From Clostridia bacterium (lineage in GTDB: Bacteria > Bacillota > Clostridia > Oscillospirales > CAG-272), in contig JAFVOQ010000003.1 of NCBI GenBank assembly GCA_017505785.1, positions 1 through 57,154 of the forward strand: a stretch of DNA of 57,154 bases. The letters are read 5' to 3'. Positions 40,116 to 50,917 of this stretch are shown piece by piece. How positions within the stretch are numbered: position 1 is the first letter of the stretch; every line of letters starts with the position of its first letter. Made by a program: the position numbers and the translations under genes. The notes under the pieces are model-generated. The model worked only from the letters and a program-made list of their open reading frames with translations, was not told the DNA's origin and searched no databases.

Positions 40116-40826
40116 ATGGCAGCTCCCAAGTACAAACGTATTTTATTAAAGCTTTCGGGCGAGGCACTTACCAAAAAGGATAAGGGCATTCTGGATTTTG
40201 ATTTTATTGCCAAGGTGGCAGAGGTGTTAAACCGTTGCCGTGCGGCTGGGGTTGAGATCGGTGTGATCGTTGGCGCCGGCAATATCTGGCGTGGCAGACA
40301 GGGCGGCGGTATGGACCGCAAGCAGGCTGACCACATGGGTATGCTCGCAACCGCGATCAACGCTCTTGCGCTCCAAGACAGCTTCCGTCAGGCGGGGCTG
40401 GATGCCGTTGTGATGAGCGCTGTGGAAATGCCCAAGTTTGCCGATGCATTTACCGTGCGCGATGCAAATGCCGCACTTGCCGCGGGCAAGGTCGTGATCT
40501 TTGCGTGCGGTCTTGGTGAGCCCTTCTTCTCGACTGATACGGCAGCCGTGCTGCGCGCCGCTGAGATTGATGCCGATGCCGTACTTATGGCAAAGAATAT
40601 CGACGGTATTTATACCGCTGACCCGAAGATAGATCCTACCGCCCGTCGCTATGACGAGATAACCTACGCCGAAGTGCTTGCAAAACAGCTAAAGGCGCTG
40701 GATCTGTCTGCCACCACCTTCTGTATGGAAAACGATATTCGTTGCTACGCCTTTGCTTTGAACGATCCCGATAATATTTACCGCGTCGTTATGGGCGAGC
40801 ATATCGGTACCGAGCTACACCGTTAA
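40116..40826 (+). CDS. pyrH: UMP kinase
   Basis: Motifs RILLKLSGEAL, GNIWRG, DHMGMLAT, PFFSTDT. Confidence 0.97.
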   Translation: MAAPKYKRILLKLSGEALTKKDKGILDFDFIAKVAEVLNRCRAAGVEIGVIVGAGNIWRGRQGGGMDRKQADHMGMLATAINALALQDSFRQAGLDAVVMSAVEMPKFADAFTVRDANAALAAGKVVIFACGLGEPFFSTDTAAVLRAAEIDADAVLMAKNIDGIYTADPKIDPTARRYDEITYAEVLAKQLKALDLSATTFCMENDIRCYAFALNDPDNIYRVVMGEHIGTELHR

Positions 40827-40849
40827 TAAATTGAAAGTGAGATATACTT

Positions 40850-41404
40850 ATGAAACTCAACACCAAAGATTTTGAAGCAAAAATGGAGAAGGCACTATCC
40901 GTGCTTGGCAGTAATTTTGATACCATTCGTGCGGGTCAGGCAAACCCTGCGGTTCTCAACCGTGTGAGCTTTGAATATTACGGCTCGCAAACGCCCCTGA
41001 ATTCCATGGCAGATATCCGTCTTGCCGACGCCAGAACCTTGGTGATCAAGCCCTACGACGCTTCCACCCTCAAGGCAATGGAAAAGGCAATTCTTGCCTC
41101 TGATGTCGGTATCACACCTACCAATGACGGTCAGGTGATCCGTCTTGTCTTCCCGCAGCTGACCGAGGAGCGCAGAAAAGAGCTTTCGAAGCAGGTGCAA
41201 AAAATGGGTGAGGAGGCTAAGGCTGCGATCCGTAACATTCGCCGTGATGCCAACGACCTGTGCAAGAAAATGGAGAAGGACGGCGAAATGACCGAGGACG
41301 AGAGAAAATCCTCTGAAAAATCGGTGCAGGATCTTACCGATAAGTATATCAAAAAGATCGATACCGCCGTTTCCGACAAACAGGCGGCAGTAATGGCTAT
41401 TTGA
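40850..41404 (+). CDS. frr: Ribosome recycling factor
   Basis: Motifs IRAGQANP, YYGS, LTEERRKEL, IRNIRRDAN. Confidence 0.97.
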   Translation: MKLNTKDFEAKMEKALSVLGSNFDTIRAGQANPAVLNRVSFEYYGSQTPLNSMADIRLADARTLVIKPYDASTLKAMEKAILASDVGITPTNDGQVIRLVFPQLTEERRKELSKQVQKMGEEAKAAIRNIRRDANDLCKKMEKDGEMTEDERKSSEKSVQDLTDKYIKKIDTAVSDKQAAVMAI

Positions 41405-41471
41405 TTTTTAGGAATCGGGCGGTGGGACAAGGGTCTCTTCCGCCCGAAGCTTTAGGCAAGAGGAAATTTAG

Positions 41472-42173
41472 ATGAAAGAGCTTTCTAATACGGCAAGCAC
41501 ATTGCCAAGGCATATTGCTTTTATTATGGACGGCAACGGGCGGTGGGCAAAAAAACGCGGCATGCCGCGAGAATACGGTCATCGCTTTGGCGTAAAGGCA
41601 TTTCGCACGGTACTTGAGCACTGTGATAAGCTGGGGCTTGAGGCTACGACCTTTTATGCTTTTTCGACCGAAAACTGGAAGCGTCCGCAGCGTGAGGTAG
41701 ATGCCATTTTAAAATTAATGGATACCTATCTTGCCGAATGTGAAAAGAAAATAGAAGAGTATGCTTTTCGCATCGTATTTCTTGGTGACAAGTCTGTGTT
41801 TGACGAAAAACGCCGTGCACGCATGATAAAGCTTGAGGAGCTTACGGCAACGCGTCGGCGTATCCTCAACATTGCCCTTAATTACGGTGGGCGAGATGAG
41901 ATCGTAAACGCTTGCAACCGTCTGCTTTCGGAAAACCGCGCATGTGTTACCACAGAGGATTTTGAAAAAGTCCTTTATACCAAGGACAGTCCCGAGGTGG
42001 ATATGATCGTGCGAACGGGTGGAGATCTTCGCATCTCGAATTTCCTTTTGTGGCAGGCTGCATACGCTGAGCTCTACTTTACCGATGTGCTTTGGCCCGA
42101 CTTCGGCCCTGCCGATGTGGATGCTGCCATTGCCGAATTTTCAACAAGAAAACGCCGTTTCGGCGGTGTTTAA
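41472..42173 (+). CDS. uppS: Undecaprenyl diphosphate synthase
   Basis: Motifs IMDGNGRWA, FSTENWKR, NYGGR, RISNFLLWQ. Confidence 0.96.
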   Translation: MKELSNTASTLPRHIAFIMDGNGRWAKKRGMPREYGHRFGVKAFRTVLEHCDKLGLEATTFYAFSTENWKRPQREVDAILKLMDTYLAECEKKIEEYAFRIVFLGDKSVFDEKRRARMIKLEELTATRRRILNIALNYGGRDEIVNACNRLLSENRACVTTEDFEKVLYTKDSPEVDMIVRTGGDLRISNFLLWQAAYAELYFTDVLWPDFGPADVDAAIAEFSTRKRRFGGV

Positions 42174-42189
42174 GGAGGTCTGACAGAAT

Positions 42190-43047
42190 ATGAAAACCCG
42201 CATTATCACGGCGGTCATTGCTGTTCTCGGAATTTCACCGTTTTTCTGGTTTTCCGACATTAAGGAGCCCACAAATCCCTTAACCTATCTTTTCCCGTTG
42301 CTGATATCTGCCATTGCGTTTGTATCGGTTTGGGAAATGCTGCATTGCTTACATTTAGATAAAAATTATGTGATCAGCGTGCCCCTTTACGTAGCGGCAC
42401 TCGTCTTTCCGATGCTGGCACGCATTATGCACGGCAATTTGGGGGAATATGTACGTGTTGCTATGATCACTGCGCTTGTTATGGCGATCTATCTCTTTGC
42501 TTCGGTCGTGTTTCAGTTCGGCAAGGTGGAAAGCGGCAAGATCGGTATTTTGTTCATGACAAGCTTTTACATCATCGGTGCCAATTCCGCTGTGATCATT
42601 CTGCGCGATATGGAGGGTGTTGGACAGTATCTGTTCCTTATTCCTTATATCTTCTCTTGGGTAACCGACAGCTTTGCTTATTTCTGTGGCAGAGCCTTTG
42701 GTAAGCACAAGCTGATTGAAGCGGTCAGCCCCAAAAAGACAGTTGAGGGAGCGATCGGCGGCTTTGTGTTCTGTGCCATTACTGCCGTGCTCTATGGCCT
42801 TATTGTAGGGAATTGCTTTGATGTAACGCCCAATTACTTGGTGCTTGGTCTTGGCGGTATGGTGATCGGCGTGGTATCGCAGATCGGCGATCTTGTGATG
42901 TCTGCTATAAAGCGTGAGCAGGGCGTAAAGGATTACGGTTGGATTTTGCCAGGACACGGCGGACTCTTAGACCGTTTTGATTCCAGCATGGCTGTTACGG
43001 TATTGGTCTTGCTCATTTCCATGTATTTCCCGATCTTTACGGTGTAA
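42190..43047 (+). CDS. cdsA: Phosphatidate cytidylyltransferase
   Basis: Motifs SPKKTVEG, GDL..SAIKR..GVKD, PGHGGLLDRFDS. Confidence 0.95.
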   Translation: MKTRIITAVIAVLGISPFFWFSDIKEPTNPLTYLFPLLISAIAFVSVWEMLHCLHLDKNYVISVPLYVAALVFPMLARIMHGNLGEYVRVAMITALVMAIYLFASVVFQFGKVESGKIGILFMTSFYIIGANSAVIILRDMEGVGQYLFLIPYIFSWVTDSFAYFCGRAFGKHKLIEAVSPKKTVEGAIGGFVFCAITAVLYGLIVGNCFDVTPNYLVLGLGGMVIGVVSQIGDLVMSAIKREQGVKDYGWILPGHGGLLDRFDSSMAVTVLVLLISMYFPIFTV

Positions 43048-43048
43048 T

Positions 43049-44212
43049 ATGATGCATGCCTCAGAGATGTTTCCAACGGTGATGATCCTTGGCTCCACAG
43101 GGTCTGTGGGGGAGCAGGCAATCGATGTTGCAAAGCAGCACGGCATTCGCGTGACGGCACTTTGCGCGCATAAAAATTTTCAAAGAGTTGCCGAGCAGGC
43201 AAGGGAGCTGCACGTTACCGCCGCCGCTATGACAGATGTGCAAGCGGCGGCGGCACTCCGCTTGTCACTTGCCGATACCGATATTAAGATTTACGGCGGT
43301 GAGGAAGGGCTTCTTGCTATGATAGAGGAGGTGCCTGCCGAATTTGCAGTAAATGCGATCCTCGGTGAAGCAGGGCTTCGCCCTACGCTCTCGGTGCTTT
43401 CCTCGGGCAAGCATCTTGCCCTTGCGAATAAGGAGAGCTTGGTGGTGGCAGGAGAGCTTGTTATGGCAGCGGCAAAGGAGCGCGAACTTAGGATCACACC
43501 TGTTGACAGTGAGCATTCCGCCATTTTTCAAGCCCTGCGTGCAGGCAATGAACGCGAAATTAAGCGTTTGATACTAACCGCCTCCGGAGGACCTTTTTTT
43601 GGCAAAAAAAGAACCGAACTTTCGGATATTACGGTTGATGATACCTTAGCGCACCCTACTTGGCAAATGGGTGCTAAAATTACGGTGGATTCTGCAACCC
43701 TCATGAACAAGGGCTTTGAGGTCATTGAGGCGGCGCATCTTTTCGGCGTTCCCGCCGATAAAATTGACGTGGTGGTTCACCGTGAAAGTATAATTCACTC
43801 CATGGTCGAATACATTGATAACAGCGTGATCGCGCAAATGTCCGTGCCCGATATGCGCCTTTGCGTGCAATATGCGCTGACGGCACCGCACCGCACCGAG
43901 GCGGTGATCCCACAGCTCGATCTTTTGCAGGTGGGCAAGCTCACCTTTGCCTCGCCCGATACCGAAACCTTTCCTTTGCTATCGCTTGCCAAAAAGGCGT
44001 TTTCGCTGGGTGGAGGTACGCCCGCGGCACTCAATGCCGCAAACGAGATCGCGGTGGCTGCTTTTCTTTCTCGCCGTATTTCCTTTCTCAAATTATCCGA
44101 TACGGTGTTGCGCGTGACCGAGGATATGCCGCATGCGGCAGGGGCGCACACACTTTCACAGATCCTTGACATCGACCGGGAAGCAAGAGAGCGCGCTTTG
44201 GCATTGATTTGA
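43049..44212 (+). CDS. dxr: 1-deoxy-D-xylulose-5-phosphate reductoisomerase
   Basis: Motifs LGSTGSVG, ANKESLV, PVDSEH, HPTWQMG, NKGFEVIE. Start may be 43049 or 43067. Confidence 0.96.
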   Translation: MMHASEMFPTVMILGSTGSVGEQAIDVAKQHGIRVTALCAHKNFQRVAEQARELHVTAAAMTDVQAAAALRLSLADTDIKIYGGEEGLLAMIEEVPAEFAVNAILGEAGLRPTLSVLSSGKHLALANKESLVVAGELVMAAAKERELRITPVDSEHSAIFQALRAGNEREIKRLILTASGGPFFGKKRTELSDITVDDTLAHPTWQMGAKITVDSATLMNKGFEVIEAAHLFGVPADKIDVVVHRESIIHSMVEYIDNSVIAQMSVPDMRLCVQYALTAPHRTEAVIPQLDLLQVGKLTFASPDTETFPLLSLAKKAFSLGGGTPAALNAANEIAVAAFLSRRISFLKLSDTVLRVTEDMPHAAGAHTLSQILDIDREARERALALI

Positions 44213-44240
44213 TCGCGCTCGTTTAAAATAAGGAGAATTT

Positions 44241-45371
44241 ATGTTAACTCTTTTGTATGTTTTGCTCGCCTTACTGGTGTTTGGCTTACTCATTATGATC
44301 CATGAGCTCGGGCACTTTCTTGTGGCGCGTGCTTGCGGTGTCGGCATTCGTGAGTTTTCTATTGGTATGGGTCCCAAGATCTTTTCCTGGAAGGGGAAAA
44401 AGTCATTTGGAGCAGCAAGCAAGCCAAACGCTTTGCGCAATGCCGAAGAAAACGGGGAAGCTATCCCTCTCATTAAAACGGAACAGGACGAGGAAACGGT
44501 AACGCAGTATTCGCTTCGCGCATTTCCGATCGGCGGTTACGTCAGCATGGTTGGCGAGGATGAGGAATCAGATCTCCCCACATCCTTTCAGACAAAAAAG
44601 GTGTGGCAAAGAATTTTGATCGTTTTGGCAGGTCCCGTAATGAACGTACTGCTTGGCTTTCTTTTAATGACGGTTTTGGTGCTTTCCACACCTCAGCTTG
44701 CCTCTACAACGATCGGTGCCTTTAACGAGGGCGCAACCAGCCCCCAATACGGCTTGCAGATCGGCGACCGTGTGACGCACGTCAACGGCACGCGCGTGTT
44801 TACGGGCAACGAGCTGGTATATGAGATCTTGAACGACGGCTATGAGCCTGTTGATCTCACCGTTGTGCGCAACGGCGAAACGCTTGAGCTTGCCGATGTG
44901 ATTTTTCCCTCGCTTGTCAGTGAGGGGGTGAATTTCGGCTCTGCCGATTTCCGTGTATATGCAGAGCAAAAGAGCTTTGGAAATATTGTAAAGCATAGCT
45001 TTTCGCGCTCGGTTTCCACGGTCAAGATGATTTTTGATCAGCTTGGCGATATGATCGGAGGCAGATATGGGATGAATGCCGTTTCAGGTCCTGTTGGTGT
45101 GACCGAGGGTATGGTAACCGCGGCGAAATCCGGTGCAACCGATTTTCTTTACCTGGTAATTGTTATCACCGTTAATCTCGGTGTCTTTAATCTTTTGCCC
45201 ATTCCGGCACTCGACGGCGGCAGACTGCTGTTTCTGGTGGTGGAGGGCGTTACCAGAAAACCTGTAAATAAAAACATCGAAGGATATATCCATTTTGCGG
45301 GGCTGATGATCTTACTTGCCTTAATGGCGGTCATTTTCTGTAAGGATATAGCAGGCTTGTTTGTGAGATGA
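44241..45371 (+). CDS. rseP: RIP metalloprotease RseP (M50)
   Basis: Motifs HELGH, GGYV, a PDZ region and NLLPIPALDGG. Confidence 0.93.
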   Translation: MLTLLYVLLALLVFGLLIMIHELGHFLVARACGVGIREFSIGMGPKIFSWKGKKSFGAASKPNALRNAEENGEAIPLIKTEQDEETVTQYSLRAFPIGGYVSMVGEDEESDLPTSFQTKKVWQRILIVLAGPVMNVLLGFLLMTVLVLSTPQLASTTIGAFNEGATSPQYGLQIGDRVTHVNGTRVFTGNELVYEILNDGYEPVDLTVVRNGETLELADVIFPSLVSEGVNFGSADFRVYAEQKSFGNIVKHSFSRSVSTVKMIFDQLGDMIGGRYGMNAVSGPVGVTEGMVTAAKSGATDFLYLVIVITVNLGVFNLLPIPALDGGRLLFLVVEGVTRKPVNKNIEGYIHFAGLMILLALMAVIFCKDIAGLFVR

Positions 45372-46453
45372 ACTACAATGACGTAAGAAGAAGGGCAAGG
45401 AGCGTAGCTGTTGGCGGCGTTATGCTTGGCGGTAACGCCCCCATTGCCATTCAGTCTATGACCAATACCGATACGCACGATTTTGAGGCTACACTCGCAC
45501 AAGCGCGAGCCCTCAGGGATGCGGGCTGTGATATTCTGCGCCTTACCGTACCCGATGTGGCGGCGGCAGATGTCATGTATCGGTTGAAAAACGCGGATAT
45601 CGGCATGCCATTGGTCGCCGATATTCATTACGATTACCGCGTGGCTATTCGGTGTGCCGAGGTGGGCGTTGATAAAATTCGTATCAATCCCGGTAATATC
45701 GGAGGCGAGGAGCGTGTGCGTGCCGTAGTTGATGCGTGCAAGCGTCGCCACGTGCCGATCCGCATTGGTGTGAACGGTGGTTCGCTTGAAAAGCATATTT
45801 TGGAAAAGTATGGCTCGCCCACAGCCAAGGCACTTTGTGAAAGTGCGCTCTATCACATTTCCTTACTTGAAAAATACGATTTTTATGATACCGTGATCTC
45901 CATAAAGGCATCTGACGTGCCCACTATGATCGCCGCCAATCGCCTACTTGCCGCATCGTGTGAGTATCCCATTCACTTGGGTGTGACCGAGGCGGGGAAC
46001 AAGGCGCGCGGTAGCATCAAAAGTGCGATCGGTGTGGGAGCACTCCTGGCTGACGGAATCGGTGATACGGTGCGCGTGTCCCTGACAGCCGACCCTACCG
46101 AGGAGATCGGTGCGGCAAAAAATATCCTTTCCGCGCTCGGCATCAAGGGACAAAGCGGTATGAATATTGTCAGCTGCCCCACGTGTGGCAGAACAAAGAT
46201 CGATCTTATCGAGCTTTCGGCGCGCTTTGAAAAAGCGGCGGGCGAGGCGGGGCTCTTGGAGCTGCCTATTCACGTGGCACTTATGGGCTGTGCCGTAAAT
46301 GGCCCGGGTGAAGCAAGAGAAGCAGATATTGGCATTTGCGGGGGCGCGGGAGAAGCACTTCTCATTGCCCACGGCGAGATCATCGACAAAATTCCGGAGG
46401 ATCAGGTTATTGATCGATTGATCGCGGAAATTAAAAAAATAAGCAAGATGTAA
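45368..46453 (+). CDS. ispG: 4-hydroxy-3-methylbut-2-en-1-yl diphosphate synthase
   Basis: Motifs QSMTNT, RINPGNI, HLGVTEAG, CPTCGR, MGCAVNGPGE. Confidence 0.97.
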   Translation: MNYNDVRRRARSVAVGGVMLGGNAPIAIQSMTNTDTHDFEATLAQARALRDAGCDILRLTVPDVAAADVMYRLKNADIGMPLVADIHYDYRVAIRCAEVGVDKIRINPGNIGGEERVRAVVDACKRRHVPIRIGVNGGSLEKHILEKYGSPTAKALCESALYHISLLEKYDFYDTVISIKASDVPTMIAANRLLAASCEYPIHLGVTEAGNKARGSIKSAIGVGALLADGIGDTVRVSLTADPTEEIGAAKNILSALGIKGQSGMNIVSCPTCGRTKIDLIELSARFEKAAGEAGLLELPIHVALMGCAVNGPGEAREADIGICGGAGEALLIAHGEIIDKIPEDQVIDRLIAEIKKISKM

Positions 46454-46476
46454 AACGGCGATCCTCGCCGTTTTTC
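46453..46476 (+). terminator. Terminator-like hairpin after ispG
   Basis: AAAACGGCGA-TCC-TCGCCGTTTTT. Confidence 0.6.
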
Positions 46477-46506
46477 TCTAAAAGTCCGATCGAAAGAGGT
46501 TAAAAA

Positions 46507-49500
46507 ATGGCGGGAAAAAGTTTACTTGAAATTTTTTATAAATATCATCCCGAAGCATCGGATGCGGCTTGGCTGAAAGAGGCGACGGATATTGCACTTC
46601 GCGCCGATAAGGAAAACCGCATGATCGAGGTGCGCGCAAGCTTTCCCGAGCCGATCCGCAAGAGTGTGCTTTATCGCGTGGAGGCAGAGATCGCACGGGC
46701 GTATGAGCTTTCGCTCGTGCGTATTTTGCCGCGCTATCCCGCAACGTTTTTTGGCGAAACTTATATTGCGGAGCTACTGGAGGAGGCACAGCGCATCGGC
46801 ATTGTTGCGCGCGGATTTTTCCATTCCTATAAGGCAAGCCTTGACGGCGATGCTCTTATCATTGAGCTGCCCTATGTCGAAAACAGCCTGCAATTAATGG
46901 AGCTCGGCAAAACCCCCGATGTGATCTCGGGTATCATTCGCAGTGAATTTGGACTTCACTATAAGGTGGAGATCCGCCATTCCGAGGAGCTTGCCGCAAG
47001 CTACCGCTATAGCGGCTCAGAGGAGCTGGCTGCGATCGACGCGCAAATACGCAAAAGCAGCCTCGCTTATGAGCGTGCCCAACAGGGGCGCGGCAGCGGA
47101 GGAGAGGCGGAGGAAAGCACCGGTTCCTTAGCACCTGTGGGGCAGCGTGTGATGTCCCTGCTCGGCGAGGTTGGCGAAGCAAGGGTTGAGGAGGGCATTT
47201 GCACCGTCGGTATTTACCGCTTTGATATTTCCGCGCCCGAATATTCGATCGGCACACAGTTTGACATTCGCCCCACTCCCATTGCCCACATCACACGCCC
47301 TGTACGCGGTATTGTGGTTTTGGGTGAGGTGTTTGGCTATACCGAGGATACCACGCGCGACGGCACCAAATTCAATATTAGCTTTGGCGTCACGGACGGC
47401 AATTCCTCGCTCACGGTCAAAAAATTCGGCATGAATGCCGAGGATAAGGAGGCACTTTGTGCAGTTGTGCGAAACGGTGCCGCCATTGCCATGCGCGGCT
47501 ATGCCAAGCATGACGTGCACAAGGATGTAGAGGATCTTGATCTGACCTTCTATTACAGTGATATTGCGGCTGTGAAAAGGGTAGAGCGTGAGGACAATGC
47601 GCCAAAGAAGCGCGTGGAGCTTCATCTTCATACCACCATGTCCGCCATGGATGCGCTGATCCCCCCCGATGTGGCGGTGAAGCAGGCGCACAAATGGGGA
47701 CACCCCGCCGTAGCAATTACCGACCACGGTAACGTACAAGCCTATCAGGAGGCAATGCTGGTTGCCGAAAAGCTGGGGCAAAAGGTGATTTACGGTATGG
47801 AGGCATATTTTGTCAACGATACCGCCAGTGCTCTGTACGGCAGCTATAAGGGCGGATTTGAGGATGAATTTGTGGTATTTGACATCGAAACCACGGGCCT
47901 TTCAAACCGCACCTGCGGCATTACCGAGATCGGTGCCGTAAAGGTGAAAAACGGAGAAATTTTGGCGCGCTATAATACCTTTGTGAACCCTGAAATGCCC
48001 ATTCCCGAGGAGATTGTGGAGCTGACGGGCATCACCGATGAAATGGTGAAGGATGCAAGGGTCATAAAGGATGTTTTGCCCGAGTTTTTTGGGTTTGTCG
48101 GAAACAGACTTTTGATCGCGCACAATGCGGATTTTGATATCGGCTTTATCCGTGCGGCGGCAAAGAATAACAACCTGCCGTTTGAAAACGCCTATCTTGA
48201 TACCGTCGCGCTTTCGCGGCATCTCAATACCGATCTCAAAACGCACAAGCTTGATACGCTTGCCAAATATTTTAATCTCGGCGAGTTCAACCACCACCGC
48301 GCCTGTGATGATGCCGAGATGCTTGCCATGATCTATTTTAAAATGCAGGAGAAAATGCAGGCTGCGGAAATTCGCAACTTTAGCGACCTGCAAAACGATA
48401 TGAGTGCCGCGGCGGATCCGCTTCGATTGCCACCATATCACCAGATCTTGTTGGTGAAAAACAAGGTCGGGTTGAAAAATCTTTATAAGCTTGTTTCCTA
48501 TGGCTATCTTGATTATTATCGCAAGGTGCCGCGTGTGCCGAAAACCGTACTCGAAAAGCACCGAGAGGGGCTGATCGTCGGCTCGGCGTGCGAGGCGGGC
48601 GAGCTGATGCGTGCGATCATTGACAATAAGCCCGAGAGTGAGATCGAGGAGATCGCCAAGTTTTACGATTACCTTGAAATTCAACCGATCAGCAATAACC
48701 GCTTTATGGTTGCGGAGGGTAAGATCGCAAATGACGAGGGCCTGCGTGACCTCAACCGCCGCGTGGTAGCGCTTGGAGAAAAGCTTGGTATTCCTGTGGT
48801 GGCTACGTGTGATGCCCACTTTTTAAACGATGAGGATGAGATCTTCCGTAAGGTGCTTGTGAGCGTGAAATTTAAAAACGAGGATCAAACCTCGCATCTT
48901 TACTATCGCACCACCGAGGAAATGCTTGAGGAGTTTGCGTATCTGGGAGAGGAAAAGGCGTATGAGGTGGTCGTTACCAATACCAATCTCATTGCCGATC
49001 AGATCGAGGGGGATATCAGACCCTTCCCGAAGGGCACCTTCACACCAAATATGGAGGGGGCAGAGGAGGATCTTCAACGCATCTGCTATGAGCGTGCAAA
49101 ATCCATGTACGGTGATCCCTTGCCCGATATTGTGAGTAAACGCCTTGATAAGGAGCTTAGCTCAATTATCAAAAACGGCTTTGCCGTGCTTTACATGATC
49201 GCGCAAAAGCTGGTTTGGTACAGCGAGAGTCAAGGCTATCTTGTGGGCTCGCGCGGTTCGGTCGGTTCATCGTTCGTTGCCTCTATGGCAGGTATATCCG
49301 AGGTAAATCCGTTACCGCCGCACTATTGGTGCCCGAAGTGCCGACACAATGAATTTGATGTGCCTGCCGGTATTGGCTCGGGCTTTGATCTGCCCGATAA
49401 GATGTGCCCCGTGTGCGGCACCAAAATGAACAATGACGGGCACGACATTCCGTTTGAAACCTTCCTTGGCTTCTATGGCGATAAATCTCCCGATATCGAC

Positions 49501-50910
49501 CTTAATTTCTCGGGCGAGGTACAGGGGCGCGTGCACAAATACACCGAGGAGCTGTTTGGTGCCGAAAACGTATTCCGTGCAGGCACGATCGGCGGTATTG
49601 CCGATAAAACGGCATTTGGATTTGTACTTAAATACATGGAGGAAAAGGGTATCTCCTTGCCGCGTGCTGAGGTAAATCGTATTGCAGCGCATTGCGTGGG
49701 TGTAAAGCGCTCTACGGGACAGCATCCCGGCGGTATTGTGGTTGTACCGAAGGAATACGAGATCTACGATTTCTGTCCCGTGCAGCACCCCGCCGATGAT
49801 CCCAATTCCGATATTGTCACCACGCACTTTACCTTTGAGTATTTGCACGATACGCTCCTGAAGCTTGACGAGCTCGGACACGATATTCCTACCAAATATA
49901 AGTGGATCGAGCGTTTTTCCGATACGAGCGTGATGCAAGTGCCGATGAATGACCCCGCCGTGTATGGGCTTTTCCTTTCCACCAAACCTCTTGGCATCAG
50001 TCCCGAGGATATCGATGCCCAGCTTGGTACTTACGGCTTGCCCGAATTTGGTACAAGGTTCGTTATGAAAATGGTGGAGGAGGCAAAGCCTCGCTCCTTT
50101 GCAGACCTGTTGCAGATATCGGGACTTTCGCACGGTACCGACGTTTGGGTGGGGAACGCACAGGACCTCATCAAGGAGGGAATTTGCGATATTTCTCACG
50201 TGATCGGCTGTCGTGACAATATCATGAATGACTTGATCCGCTACGGACTTGAAAACGCGTTGGCATTTAAAATTATGGAAAGCGTGCGTAAGGGCAGAGG
50301 TCTTACCCCCGACTGGGAAGCGGATATGCGCGCACATAACGTGCCCGAGTGGTATATTGGCTCCTGCAAAAAGATCAAGTATATGTTCCCCAAGGCGCAT
50401 GCCGCCGCATACGTTATGTCGGCAATCCGTCTTGGCTGGTATAAGGTACATATGCCGCTGGCATTTTATGCCGCTATGTTTACCGTTGCTCCCGGAGGCT
50501 TTGATGCCGCAATCGTTATGGGCGGTAAATCCAAGGTGGTTGCAACCATTAAGGATATCGAAAGGCGTGGCAAGGAGGCATCTCCCAAGGAGCAGGCTTC
50601 GGTTTCTACCTTGCAGCTCATCAACGAGTGCATGGCAAGGCGTATTCGCTTCTTGCCCGTGGATATCGAAAAATCCGATGCACGTGCATTCCTGCCCGAA
50701 AACGGGGCTATTCGCATGCCCTTCTCGGCATTGGCGGGTGTTGGTGAAAATGCCGCCGAAAGTATTGTGGCAGCGCGCAATGAGGAGCCCTTTTTCTCGG
50801 TGGAGGACATGCAGATCCGCGCGGGACTGAACAAAAAGGTTGTAGAAACCTTGCGCAATGCCGGCGTGCTTGACAGCATCAACGAAACCGATCAATTATC
50901 CTTTTTCTGA
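46507..50910 (+). CDS. polC: DNA polymerase III PolC-type alpha subunit
   Basis: PHP (ELHLHT, ITDHG), exonuclease (FDIETTG, HHRA.DD), GSRGSVG, PDIDLNF, YMFPKAHA. Confidence 0.98.
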   Translation: MAGKSLLEIFYKYHPEASDAAWLKEATDIALRADKENRMIEVRASFPEPIRKSVLYRVEAEIARAYELSLVRILPRYPATFFGETYIAELLEEAQRIGIVARGFFHSYKASLDGDALIIELPYVENSLQLMELGKTPDVISGIIRSEFGLHYKVEIRHSEELAASYRYSGSEELAAIDAQIRKSSLAYERAQQGRGSGGEAEESTGSLAPVGQRVMSLLGEVGEARVEEGICTVGIYRFDISAPEYSIGTQFDIRPTPIAHITRPVRGIVVLGEVFGYTEDTTRDGTKFNISFGVTDGNSSLTVKKFGMNAEDKEALCAVVRNGAAIAMRGYAKHDVHKDVEDLDLTFYYSDIAAVKRVEREDNAPKKRVELHLHTTMSAMDALIPPDVAVKQAHKWGHPAVAITDHGNVQAYQEAMLVAEKLGQKVIYGMEAYFVNDTASALYGSYKGGFEDEFVVFDIETTGLSNRTCGITEIGAVKVKNGEILARYNTFVNPEMPIPEEIVELTGITDEMVKDARVIKDVLPEFFGFVGNRLLIAHNADFDIGFIRAAAKNNNLPFENAYLDTVALSRHLNTDLKTHKLDTLAKYFNLGEFNHHRACDDAEMLAMIYFKMQEKMQAAEIRNFSDLQNDMSAAADPLRLPPYHQILLVKNKVGLKNLYKLVSYGYLDYYRKVPRVPKTVLEKHREGLIVGSACEAGELMRAIIDNKPESEIEEIAKFYDYLEIQPISNNRFMVAEGKIANDEGLRDLNRRVVALGEKLGIPVVATCDAHFLNDEDEIFRKVLVSVKFKNEDQTSHLYYRTTEEMLEEFAYLGEEKAYEVVVTNTNLIADQIEGDIRPFPKGTFTPNMEGAEEDLQRICYERAKSMYGDPLPDIVSKRLDKELSSIIKNGFAVLYMIAQKLVWYSESQGYLVGSRGSVGSSFVASMAGISEVNPLPPHYWCPKCRHNEFDVPAGIGSGFDLPDKMCPVCGTKMNNDGHDIPFETFLGFYGDKSPDIDLNFSGEVQGRVHKYTEELFGAENVFRAGTIGGIADKTAFGFVLKYMEEKGISLPRAEVNRIAAHCVGVKRSTGQHPGGIVVVPKEYEIYDFCPVQHPADDPNSDIVTTHFTFEYLHDTLLKLDELGHDIPTKYKWIERFSDTSVMQVPMNDPAVYGLFLSTKPLGISPEDIDAQLGTYGLPEFGTRFVMKMVEEAKPRSFADLLQISGLSHGTDVWVGNAQDLIKEGICDISHVIGCRDNIMNDLIRYGLENALAFKIMESVRKGRGLTPDWEADMRAHNVPEWYIGSCKKIKYMFPKAHAAAYVMSAIRLGWYKVHMPLAFYAAMFTVAPGGFDAAIVMGGKSKVVATIKDIERRGKEASPKEQASVSTLQLINECMARRIRFLPVDIEKSDARAFLPENGAIRMPFSALAGVGENAAESIVAARNEEPFFSVEDMQIRAGLNKKVVETLRNAGVLDSINETDQLSFF

Positions 50911-50917
50911 GGTTGCC

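Noticed and set aside
44390-44500. Insertion-like segment in RseP
   Set aside because: It is an in-frame variable loop with no repeat or mobile-element hallmarks.
46507-50910. Possible intein or insertion in PolC
   Set aside because: Length (1467 aa) and domain order are typical, and no intein splice motifs are seen.
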